Shown: positions 19,763-28,464, counted from the stretch's first letter. The stretch: DNA of 64,000 bases from Leptospiraceae bacterium (GCA_040217195.1 JAVJNR010000004.1:544001-608000), one strand, 5' to 3'. Numbers and translations: made by a program. Notes: generated by a model not told the origin, from the letters alone.

Positions 19763-22300
19763 TTAGACGCCGGGTAGATCCATCTGCTTTAGATCCCTGC
19801 GCTGAAAGTAACCCACAGGTGCAGCATATTCCCAGACCTCGCGAAAAGCATCCAGTAACAGCTGATTATAATAGGCAATACTATAAGGAGGTTGTTTTCG
19901 GGGATCCGTTCCAAAGGATTGAAAGGCTATTTCTTCAGACATATATTTGGAAGCCCCTGGCTGGCCTTTCTCAAGCACAATATACTTCACTTTTTCTCCT
20001 GCCTGAACCTGAATCCCATAGGGCTCCAGTTCACGCAATGCAGCCGGTGCAGGACCATCTACGGCATAATCCTCCAGGCCCTTGCTCACGGTTCGCCTGA
20101 GTAGCAAATCGGTCCAGGGAATGCTTCTGCTGCTTAGCTCTTCTTTGAATTTGTTATAGATTTCTTCCATCTCTGAATGCATGGACTTCAATTCTTCTGC
20201 ACTCCTGCAAAGGGCCATTTTATCCAGAAAAGCCTCCTGAACAGTCTTGATCCAGGAGGGTCTATCCTTCCTTCTAACTGAAATACCACGGATGCGCAAA
20301 CTGCCATCCCGGAATCTACCAAAATAGCGATTCACTACTTCCACTCCAGGCTTTGAGCGGGAAGGTAGAAAAATCACCCAGTCATAGATGCCCTCCACGC
20401 TCATCTCGATTTCAGTGGCTGCTCCAATCTCTTCGCATACCTTCTCCAGTTCCTGCAGTTCGGATGCCTCCCGCTTTTCTTTTGACTCGACGATCTGAGT
20501 CGGACGATTCGAGTCATTGTCCGGAAGTTTGAGAAATAGGCAGTCTGTAATTCCATGAACTACGCTGTAATTCCATTCCTCTGCAATCTCCTTGGCATTG
20601 AGTAACTTATCTCGCCCAAATGCAGTAACCGCCTCATGGCTTTCGATCTTACCAAATTTAGCATTCCTGTAGCCAAGGTATCCGAAGGAGGTCACCAGCA
20701 TCCACTTCAGGCTTGATTGACGATGATCGTACATCTCCTTCTCTTCTTCCAGAGATTTCAGCTTCTGATCTCTTTCAGTCTCAGAATTTACATGCGAATC
20801 ACCTGAGTCCGGAATCCACTTTTTTATTTTCTCTATGGACCGGTTTAACTCTTTAATTCTGAGTTTATAGTGCTTTCTTCGCTTTAGAATGTGAGCCAGA
20901 GCGTCGGATACAATACCGCGTCGCCTTTTGCAGATTCGAAAATTAATCTCCGGAACATGCTCGGTTTCTTCATCGGAACAACAGCGACAGTTGATTGTTT
21001 CAGGAGATACGTTGTGAATACTCATTATTGAAGGATACATCTGGGAAAAATCGATCTGAGCCACGTTCTCCAGAATTCGACCTGCACGTGGAACAAATAC
21101 CAGCCCTCCTTTATCTGCCTCCAGAAGATCCATCACCGTACGTGGCTCCTCCAGGGCACTTTTCTGCCAGGGAACCAGATAGTTTTTCCGTAGAGCCACT
21201 TCACATTCAATGGCCGTTAGCGCAGCCCCGGTGGAAGATCTGGATAATCTTTGCACTGGAATTCGACTCATTCTGGATAGTTCAACAATGCCCATGAGTT
21301 GCGCTTCTTTGTATACGAAGGAATTCGCACTGTCTATGTGCCAGCGCCCAAATAGCGGATAGGAAGGAGCGAGAAAGATCCAGTTTCCATAGGTATTGTA
21401 GCTGGTTCCTTCGGTAACTATCTTTCTGCTGGATCCAGGAGCGACGTCCCGGTCCAGAAACGATGGAATACCATACTTCTGATAGGCCTGAAAGAGCACC
21501 GGAAAAAGCACCTGGTCGCCGTAGGCAGAAAGAATTATATCCGGGTCCAGGGTGTTCAGGTAGTCATTCAATGCTTCCAGTTCCCCGGGTCCTGGAGGCA
21601 CCGGCAAATCCAGACGCCTGCCCTGACATTCCAGCTGGATGCGCTGATCCGGAACATGAAATCTTTTGTGGGCACCTCTGGATAATAATTGCTGATGCGT
21701 AAGTCGATGGCCATAGTTCAGCTGCATTCTTAGTATGCGAACCGAAGGTAGCTGAAAATTCAGATCAAAAATATCATCCAGTGCCTGAATCCACTCCAGA
21801 TTATGAACAACCGGTGCCTGGCCAGCATTTCGCGTACCGGAAGACGCAAAACTGAGGCAGGCCCTCAGTCTACAAAGAGGAAATATTCCCTTTTGCTGCA
21901 TATAGCCAGTGGGAACCTCAAAGTCTGTGTGAAAAAGGTCCATGCGACCGTACATTGCATACAGTCGGTTTCTGATTTTTCGAAGCAAAGAAGGCCTGCT
22001 AATGCGAAGCTCCAGAACATCCACCATACGGTTCTCATAGAAAAGCTTTCTTTGCACATACACTGGATCTGAATGCAGTCCATCCATTTCATGTAATCGT
22101 TGCACCAGTTTCTGAAGTGTCTTTTCCGGGGCTCGGGCATATATAACAGGATTGAAATGATCCCTGCAGAGATAAAACCTTCCCTGTTCATCCAGAATAC
22201 ATAGATAAATCTGATCTTCCAGGTGGTAGATATCGAAAAGCCATCCGCGAACTGCGATCTGCCCTTTTTCGGAAGCGGTTGAGTGAGGGGAGCTATCCAT
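19763..22300 (-). CDS. Family B DNA polymerase, PolB2-group-like
   Basis: Motif A IDFSQMYPSIM...HNVSPET, motif B LKWMLVTSFGYLG, motif C altered to HGITDC, NRYFG, RGISVRRKD; no intact ExoI DxE seen. Confidence 0.9.
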   Translation of the reverse strand: MDSSPHSTASEKGQIAVRGWLFDIYHLEDQIYLCILDEQGRFYLCRDHFNPVIYARAPEKTLQKLVQRLHEMDGLHSDPVYVQRKLFYENRMVDVLELRISRPSLLRKIRNRLYAMYGRMDLFHTDFEVPTGYMQQKGIFPLCRLRACLSFASSGTRNAGQAPVVHNLEWIQALDDIFDLNFQLPSVRILRMQLNYGHRLTHQQLLSRGAHKRFHVPDQRIQLECQGRRLDLPVPPGPGELEALNDYLNTLDPDIILSAYGDQVLFPVLFQAYQKYGIPSFLDRDVAPGSSRKIVTEGTSYNTYGNWIFLAPSYPLFGRWHIDSANSFVYKEAQLMGIVELSRMSRIPVQRLSRSSTGAALTAIECEVALRKNYLVPWQKSALEEPRTVMDLLEADKGGLVFVPRAGRILENVAQIDFSQMYPSIMSIHNVSPETINCRCCSDEETEHVPEINFRICKRRRGIVSDALAHILKRRKHYKLRIKELNRSIEKIKKWIPDSGDSHVNSETERDQKLKSLEEEKEMYDHRQSSLKWMLVTSFGYLGYRNAKFGKIESHEAVTAFGRDKLLNAKEIAEEWNYSVVHGITDCLFLKLPDNDSNRPTQIVESKEKREASELQELEKVCEEIGAATEIEMSVEGIYDWVIFLPSRSKPGVEVVNRYFGRFRDGSLRIRGISVRRKDRPSWIKTVQEAFLDKMALCRSAEELKSMHSEMEEIYNKFKEELSSRSIPWTDLLLRRTVSKGLEDYAVDGPAPAALRELEPYGIQVQAGEKVKYIVLEKGQPGASKYMSEEIAFQSFGTDPRKQPPYSIAYYNQLLLDAFREVWEYAAPVGYFQRRDLKQMDLPGV

Positions 22301-22404
22301 GATTCTTCTTGCCGCAATCTCTCTGCAATCGGAAGGCTTTGACTGCAGACCGGGACAGGGAAGGCCTAAAGACCTAAGTCTTAGTTTTTGCTCTTACGTG
22401 CATT

Positions 22405-22695
22405 TCAGGATCTACCCGCATCGGAAGAAGGGCTTTCTCTCTCTTTTTCCAGAGCTTCTACTCGACGCTGCAGAGAGACTATTTCTTTATGCATTTCAAT
22501 CATCATACACATGGCCATGGAATCAAATGGATTGGGCTGGGCTGCCATGACTCCCACCTGCAACTGTGATCTTGCAGAAATCATTAATGCGTCAAAAGAC
22601 ATCCGATCTTCTTTTCGCAGAGCCTTTCTAAATTTACTGAAACGTTCATAGACACTGTCCACCAGGTTTGAATATGGCTGTAGAGTTCTTCCCAT
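22405..22695 (-). CDS. Small alpha-helical PolB2-associated protein (PPB2/arCOG07300-like)
   Basis: 96 aa, MGRTLQPY...FRKALRKEDR..FDAL pattern; AGGAG RBS; sits between the RadA-like gene and polB. Confidence 0.75.
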   Translation of the reverse strand: MGRTLQPYSNLVDSVYERFSKFRKALRKEDRMSFDALMISARSQLQVGVMAAQPNPFDSMAMCMMIEMHKEIVSLQRRVEALEKERESPSSDAGRS

Positions 22696-22718
22696 AAGCT
22701 TCTCCTTTGCAAAAAAGG

Positions 22719-23459
22719 TTACACTGAAACAATCCTGGATCTCTCAATTTCGGATTCTGGCAGTACATCCTTCGCATAAAAAGGAATTGTACGATTTCGC
22801 TGCAAATTCATATCCCTAAGTACAAGTGGTCGGTCTTTTTTACGCTTCTGTTTTTCTCTCGTAGAAGGAAGAGCATCCAGTTGCCATTGATATTCGGTCA
22901 GAGTACTGAATGCAGAAATCGCTCCTCCAAACAGTTTGCTCTTATACGAACCTGTTTCCACAATCAGATAGGGAATGCCCGCCTCATTCCATAAAGAAAG
23001 TACTGAAGCCAGCTTCTTAAGTAAGAATCCAGCCTCTTCCTCCTGCACGTCTCCATCAAAGAACTGCTTACAGGGTGCGAAGATAAAATACAAAGAGGGA
23101 TTAGAGCTTCGCCTTTCTTTATGCCATACAGACCAGAACAGATCCAGGATCTGGTAAGGAGTAAAGGCACGTTGAACCATAATAGATTTTAGCATCTCTT
23201 CGCCAGGAATCTCTCTGCGAAGTGCTTCATCCATAAGCTGGAATGCATTGAATCGAATGGAACAGTCTATATTAAAGATGCGATAACCACTCTGCCAGAG
23301 ATGAACCTGCAATATATGACTGAGCGGGAAAATCGGCGATGCACCGTACAGAAGTGCAGGCGAACGACGATCCCAGAAATGGGTAGACTGAACCGATTCA
23401 ACCAGAAGGTGAGACTCCATACTGGGAATCTCGACAACATGCCGTCTTTTGTAAAGCAT
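22719..23459 (-). CDS. Inactivated RadA/RecA-like protein (iRadA)
   Basis: RadA-like segments FNIDCSIRFNAFQL and IMVQRAFTPYQ, but Walker A (LYGASPIF, no GKT) and Walker B are degenerate. Confidence 0.7.
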   Translation of the reverse strand: MLYKRRHVVEIPSMESHLLVESVQSTHFWDRRSPALLYGASPIFPLSHILQVHLWQSGYRIFNIDCSIRFNAFQLMDEALRREIPGEEMLKSIMVQRAFTPYQILDLFWSVWHKERRSSNPSLYFIFAPCKQFFDGDVQEEEAGFLLKKLASVLSLWNEAGIPYLIVETGSYKSKLFGGAISAFSTLTEYQWQLDALPSTREKQKRKKDRPLVLRDMNLQRNRTIPFYAKDVLPESEIERSRIVSV

Positions 23460-23536
23460 ATATATGACGGCATATCGGTTTTAATGCTCCGGATCGCCAC
23501 TTCCCCGGAAGAAGCCAGCCGCAACTGTCCAGCCAG

Positions 23537-23564
23537 GTGCTCTGGCACGATGTGCTAGAGCACA
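23537..23564. promoter_or_regulatory. Tandem palindromic operator candidates GTGC-N4-GCAC (two copies)
   Basis: GTGC-TCTG-GCAC (23537-23548) and T-GTGC-TAGA-GCAC-A (23551-23564), about 80-105 bp upstream of the iRadA start. Confidence 0.45.
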
Positions 23565-23638
23565 GAATTATGGCACATCGCCCTACCTGGCTTCCTCAAA
23601 TTGAAGTATTCTCGATAGAATGGAGGCTCCTCCGGCCG

Positions 23639-23895
23639 GATTAGCTCGTAACCGCCTTCCTGATGTGAAGCGAGGGTAGATTATGTCTCATTGAGGCTTC
23701 TAATGCGACAACCGGGAAGATTATGTCCCATTGTGCGGCCCCATCCGACATGGAGCCAGATTATGTCGCATTCGCTGACTCAATTTGAATTCCGGCTACA
23801 TTATGCCTCATCGAGCAGACCCTATGCGAAACAGCAACGAATTATGTCGCATTAGGCGGTCCCATGTATGACAGCGGCAAATCATGTCACAATTG
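23639..23895. repeat. Non-coding tandem array, ~40-bp period, conserved RATTATGTCNCATT core with variable intervening segments
   Basis: Unit starts at 23639 (degenerate), 23679, 23719, 23759, 23799, 23840, 23880; cores GATTATGTCTCATT, GATTATGTCCCATT, GATTATGTCGCATT, CATTATGCCTCATC, AATTATGTCGCATT, AATCATGTCACAAT. Confidence 0.9.
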
Positions 23896-23897
23896 TA

Positions 23898-23906
23898 TGC
23901 TATAAT
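23898..23906 (+). promoter_or_regulatory. Extended -10 sigma70 promoter candidate (TGnTATAAT)
   Basis: TG-C-TATAAT perfect match directly after the last array core. Confidence 0.5.
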
Positions 23907-24198
23907 ACTAATACCCTCTCGGACGATTAGCACAATCGTAAGGAACCCTTCGCTCAGGAGGCTTTATCGCAATCCCAAAATACAGCCAGCCCGGACAGGC
24001 CCTGCAATCGAGATCCACGATCGTATCCACAGGTCCCTTAAAAAATCCACCAATCACTACCAGAATGTAGAAACCCTGGCGGGCCTGCACACACTCCGTA
24101 CTACCGCCCGGAAATGCATGAAATTTATTGCATCTTTCAATTGACAACGCCCGATATCAGATTAAAGGTCCTCAAATCTATAGAACCGGTACCCCACC

Positions 24199-24861
24199 AT
24201 GCCCCAGTACATCACCTACGATCTTACCTCTTATGCACACCGAGAATTCCTGCTGGAATATACGAATGCACAGAGACCTGATGTTGAGCTAATCGCTGAT
24301 ATTCTTAGAACCAGCATTTCCACAGGAACGCCACTGGAGCCAGGAGATAAAGTCCAGATCGGATGCTATCTATGCCGAGTCATCGACCGGGGGGATTATC
24401 TGGGACTGGAAGAGCCCTCTTTTCCATCCGATCCTCTGGAATGGGTGGACTCCGTTGATGCCACAGCTCATTATTTAAGGCTGCAAAAGGCTGCTGCAGA
24501 GTCCTGCAATCTGGCAGATGATCTGAGCTTTCCTGCGATCACACATACTGCATTCGTCTGCAGCGCCATCGATTCCGCTGAAGGAATCTTCATGGATCGC
24601 GTAGGACCGGTGTCAGATCAAGACTCAGGCTGGTTTATCGCCTGTTCGGACCAGAACCACGATCACGACTCCAGGGATAACCTCCGGCAAGAATCCCTGT
24701 ATGTACTTTCAATCAAGAAGCCGGTGGTAATTCCTTTCCTGGGTTTTCCGGTAGGCACCACAGCCATGATCAAGCCCGATGAAAGACCTCGCGTACTCTT
24801 ACATGGAGCAATGATACGCCCGGAGCATGATAGCTACCTGGACCGAGCTTCCGAAACATGA
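24199..24861 (+). CDS. Imm33/DUF2185-like immunity-domain protein
   Basis: 220 aa; C-terminal DRVGPVSDQDSGWFI...FLGFPVG pattern characteristic of Imm33-type domains. Confidence 0.6.
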   Translation: MPQYITYDLTSYAHREFLLEYTNAQRPDVELIADILRTSISTGTPLEPGDKVQIGCYLCRVIDRGDYLGLEEPSFPSDPLEWVDSVDATAHYLRLQKAAAESCNLADDLSFPAITHTAFVCSAIDSAEGIFMDRVGPVSDQDSGWFIACSDQNHDHDSRDNLRQESLYVLSIKKPVVIPFLGFPVGTTAMIKPDERPRVLLHGAMIRPEHDSYLDRASET

Positions 24862-24914
24862 AGCACTGACAATAGAGCCAGCGCTCCAGCAGGTCCCTAC
24901 CCGGCAAGGGCCAG

Positions 24915-25271
24915 TCATCCACCAGATCGCCGGGAAGGTTTTCCGGACACCACTATGCATTTCTGATGAAAAATCAGATACCAGCGTTCTACCATTTCTA
25001 TCTCCACGTTGCTGAGCCCTCTGGTACCTGCAGGGGACTTGCTCATTGCCACCTGGAAGGCTGCGGCAGGAGAACCTTCATCCAGGGAAACAAAGAACAG
25101 GTAGCCATTCACACAGGCTTCCCCTTCTACGGTTTCCTGCGATAATACCTCTATTTCGCTAAATTTTCCCGATCCAATAAAGGGTCCCTGAGAGTCGAAA
25201 GTAAAGGTGCTGCAAGAAATGGAAGTCAGGGTGGCTAATATTCCGATGAATACTGGAATTCTAGATTTCAT
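24915..25271 (-). CDS. Small lipoprotein, TRL-like
   Basis: Lipobox (SISC); VEGEACVNGYLFF and C-terminal KCIVVSG pattern. Confidence 0.65.
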   Translation of the reverse strand: MKSRIPVFIGILATLTSISCSTFTFDSQGPFIGSGKFSEIEVLSQETVEGEACVNGYLFFVSLDEGSPAAAFQVAMSKSPAGTRGLSNVEIEMVERWYLIFHQKCIVVSGKPSRRSGG

Positions 25272-25582
25272 TTCTCTTCTCCCTCCAGAACAATGCAGGT
25301 AGCCAGGGCACCTTTTTCAGGAGCTGGCTGCAAGCTTACCTTGAAGTTCATTAGATAATCAATGTCCGACTCCACCATGTATTCGCGGATTTCAGAATAC
25401 ATTCCGTCCGGATCCAGAAGATTATCGCATTGCACTTCATATCTTTGCGATGCTTCTGAAGCCTGAAATGGTTCCGAAGACATCTCTACGTAGTGCAATT
25501 TGCCCATGGAATGATAGATACAATTTGGTAAGCCCAGGCCCAGCAGGATCAGGCTTATTCCAGAAAAAACCGACAATCTCAT
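25268..25582 (-). CDS. Small lipoprotein, distantly TRL-like
   Basis: Lipobox (LPNC); C-terminal TCIVLEG; ATGA overlap with the downstream lipoprotein gene. Confidence 0.6.
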   Translation of the reverse strand: MRLSVFSGISLILLGLGLPNCIYHSMGKLHYVEMSSEPFQASEASQRYEVQCDNLLDPDGMYSEIREYMVESDIDYLMNFKVSLQPAPEKGALATCIVLEGEEK

Positions 25583-25830
25583 CTTGATTTCACCTCAATC
25601 GCGATGGAGAGAAAAGCAAGGTCGGTTTCCAGGGTGTCAATCCCAATCCAATCTTCCAGGGACTATGCAACCCTCTGGCCCGAGTCAAATTATAATACGG
25701 GACTTCTGGATTCAGAGTTTCGCAAATCCAATCCCCGGATGCGATTCCATTTGCAGTAAGAATCGCCCACTGGTCTGAAATTCAAAACATGCAGCCAGAT
25801 CGAGTCTCATAGTACAGCGATACCGGTCGG

Positions 25831-26784
25831 CTACCGGCTCAGCTCAAAAAACTCCACGATACGCTTTGATGCATCGATTTCCTGGGACACTTTACCTATC
25901 ATGAATTCAAAAAGGTAAGGTCTACCGGATGGCCAGGTATGACCTCCCCCTTCAATTCGAATCAATTCCACAGGTACCGAGCAATTAAAGCGAAGTATTC
26001 GCACCACAGTGTCATCATCCTTTTCGTCGATGGACTCTTTAAGAGCCTGGTTCAAGTCCGGAGGGACGGGGCAGCCATTGGCGCTCAACCAGCGACGAAT
26101 ACTGTCATCTGTGGAGCGGATGGCACCCCTCTTTTTTCCCAGTACTTCTACAAAGCCACCATCATAAGGAACCAGTGGATCATCCGTACCATTTATGACC
26201 AGAAGAGGTACTCCTCTGGGATTGCACCGATCATACAGATAAAAGGAAAGATTGGCAGTTACTGGAGCGATTCCATCCACTCGATCTGGATGTTCGCAGC
26301 CCATACGAAAGGACATGAATCCACCGTTAGAAATACCGGTAAAGAAGGTACGTCGGATACCGTAGTCCGATTTTAGTCGATCCTGGATGGCCAGGAGAAA
26401 CTCAGCGTCATTGAGCTTTTCTGAATGGGCTCTGGACTCGGAGATCTCCCGACCGTCATTCCATTGATTGTCCACTCCAGCCGGATAAACCACAAGAAAG
26501 CCATGCTCGTCCGCCAGTTCATCGAAGGCTCCATAGGTAAGCCCCATCATTTTCCCCGGATCTCCTCCGCCGCCATGCAGAGCAAACAGCACGTCTGGAT
26601 TGGGTTTCAAATTGTCAGGAACGTAAAGCATGTAGCTCCGCTCCAGACCGTCGAAAATGAATTCAAATTCTCTGGTATTTTCCGTTCCCCGATATCTTCG
26701 GCCCCGGCAATCCAGCATTACCGGTAGTAGAATTAGTAGTCCAAGCAATATGGCCCATCGAGTGTGCTTTCTAACGCTGCCCAT
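25831..26784 (-). CDS. LpqC / PHB depolymerase family esterase, probable lipoprotein
   Basis: LHGGGG, GISNGG nucleophile elbow, NGTDDPLVP, GGGHTWP catalytic His. Confidence 0.88.
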   Translation of the reverse strand: MGSVRKHTRWAILLGLLILLPVMLDCRGRRYRGTENTREFEFIFDGLERSYMLYVPDNLKPNPDVLFALHGGGGDPGKMMGLTYGAFDELADEHGFLVVYPAGVDNQWNDGREISESRAHSEKLNDAEFLLAIQDRLKSDYGIRRTFFTGISNGGFMSFRMGCEHPDRVDGIAPVTANLSFYLYDRCNPRGVPLLVINGTDDPLVPYDGGFVEVLGKKRGAIRSTDDSIRRWLSANGCPVPPDLNQALKESIDEKDDDTVVRILRFNCSVPVELIRIEGGGHTWPSGRPYLFEFMIGKVSQEIDASKRIVEFFELSR

Positions 26785-26907
26785 GACTCAAGTAGATAGT
26801 CCGATCATACATTTGTAAAGCGCATTCAGGAAAGATCCTTATTCATATTTTTGCCAGATCCGAGAATTGGCTGCAGGCATTGTTTTCCCATCCCGATAAT
26901 TCTGAGG

Positions 26908-28434
26908 ATGACCGGTCCAAGCAAATGGCTACCCTCCAGCCTAGCATTCTTTCTCATTGCCACCGCTTTTTCCACGGTGCTAGTTTATTCAATTCCCGCC
27001 GAGGATCCCTTCGTACCCGCGCTGCCGGAGATTCCTCCACCGCGAGCTCAGAATCAGGATTCTCTTTATCGGGACATGATGCAGAACCGAAAGAAGTATC
27101 CAGAGCAGCAGAATCAAAAGCAGCGATCACAACCTACCTCCGCTTTTGAAGACAACTCCAAACCAGAAGGGCAGCAACAGATCAGATCCAGCCAGGGTGA
27201 AGAAGTCAAGGATACTGAAATAACAAAAAAGCAGAAACAGCCTGTAGCTGAGTCGGCGCCGGAACAGGAACCGACCCGCCAGGCCCAGAAAAAGGAAAGA
27301 ACCTGGGAAAAGCCGAATCAAGTAAACCAGCGAAATGATGAGAAACCAACCGGAAGTACAGAGACAAAGGATAACCCTGAAGCGAATTCGGACCACTCGC
27401 AGCCGAACTTTTTAAACCGGGAAAAGGAACAGGAAGATTTTCAGTCCCAAAAAGAGAACATAGCAAGCCTTCTATCCAGGGATATGCTGGAGAACACCAC
27501 CCGTGCGCTGAAAGGACTGGAAGACCAGCAGCCGAAGAAGAAGAGCAAAGATAGTAAAGAACAAAAGAATGTGGATCATTTGCTTCGCGGAATCGATCCT
27601 GTAATGCCGCGAAACTATAAGTACAATGCACCGGTGTACTATAAAGGGATCTACATGAGCAACTATGTGGCACGCACTCCATCCAGATATGGACCGCTAT
27701 TAAAGCAGGCAAAAGCCACAGGTATAAACACACTGGTTGTGGATGTACAGCCCAGAATACCCCCGGAGAAGTTCATTCAAGAAGCCAGATCCCAGGGTTT
27801 CTATCTGGTAAGTCGGGTGGTAGTTTTTGAAGGAGGCCTGAAGACTTTCCCTGCACCTGAGGCCCATCTCAACAAGGTTCGCAGCGTTGCTGTGGCTTCT
27901 GCCCAGGCCGGATTCATGGAGATTCAGTTAGATTATATTCGCTTCGCGGACAATCTTCATATTAAGGGACTGACCATGAATCAACGATACAGAACCATTG
28001 CCAGCGTGTTGCAGTCCTTCGAACAGAAGTTGCGACCACATGGTGTACGCATCGGTGCAGATATATTTGGCCGGATTCCATTCAACAATAATGATATTAT
28101 TGGCCAGAAGATGGAAGTATTCTCCAGGTACATGGATACTCTATATCCCATGCTGTACCCTTCCCACTTTTATGGAGATCCGTTCTATCAAAAGAATCCC
28201 TATCGCACCATCTATGATGGAAACACCAGGGCTATCAAGCGAGCGGGCACATCCAGGATCATTGCCTACATACAGGGATTTACAATGCTGGTTGGCAAGA
28301 GTGGACTGAGCTATAAAAACTACATAAAAAAGCAGATTGAAGCTTCCAGAGACTCGGGAGGAGCTGGTTTCATTGTCTGGAATCCCAAAAATGATTATCG
28401 AGTTTTTTTCCAGGCGCTCAAAGAAACCAATTGA
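26908..28434 (+). CDS. Putative glycoside hydrolase (DUF4015-like) with a long low-complexity linker
   Basis: N-terminal TM/signal, Q/E/K-rich linker, then KGIY, EIQLDYIRF, ADIFG, IGQKME and PMLYPSHF motifs. Confidence 0.75.
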   Translation: MTGPSKWLPSSLAFFLIATAFSTVLVYSIPAEDPFVPALPEIPPPRAQNQDSLYRDMMQNRKKYPEQQNQKQRSQPTSAFEDNSKPEGQQQIRSSQGEEVKDTEITKKQKQPVAESAPEQEPTRQAQKKERTWEKPNQVNQRNDEKPTGSTETKDNPEANSDHSQPNFLNREKEQEDFQSQKENIASLLSRDMLENTTRALKGLEDQQPKKKSKDSKEQKNVDHLLRGIDPVMPRNYKYNAPVYYKGIYMSNYVARTPSRYGPLLKQAKATGINTLVVDVQPRIPPEKFIQEARSQGFYLVSRVVVFEGGLKTFPAPEAHLNKVRSVAVASAQAGFMEIQLDYIRFADNLHIKGLTMNQRYRTIASVLQSFEQKLRPHGVRIGADIFGRIPFNNNDIIGQKMEVFSRYMDTLYPMLYPSHFYGDPFYQKNPYRTIYDGNTRAIKRAGTSRIIAYIQGFTMLVGKSGLSYKNYIKKQIEASRDSGGAGFIVWNPKNDYRVFFQALKETN

Positions 28435-28464
28435 GATAATCCACTGACGTAGCAAGGAGGTACA

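Noticed and set aside
23639..23895. Calling the 40-bp array a CRISPR array
   Set aside because: The conserved part is only about 14 nt and degenerate, the variable part is interrupted by a second semi-conserved box, and there are no cas genes in the window.
23639..23906. Calling the array a Tn7/IS21-type transposon end
   Set aside because: No transposase, matching second end or target-site duplication was found in the window; kept only as an alternative hypothesis.
23884..24147. 79-aa (-) and 86-aa (+) ORFs next to the array as protein genes
   Set aside because: They overlap each other and lack a clear RBS or recognisable motif; not supportable without homology data.
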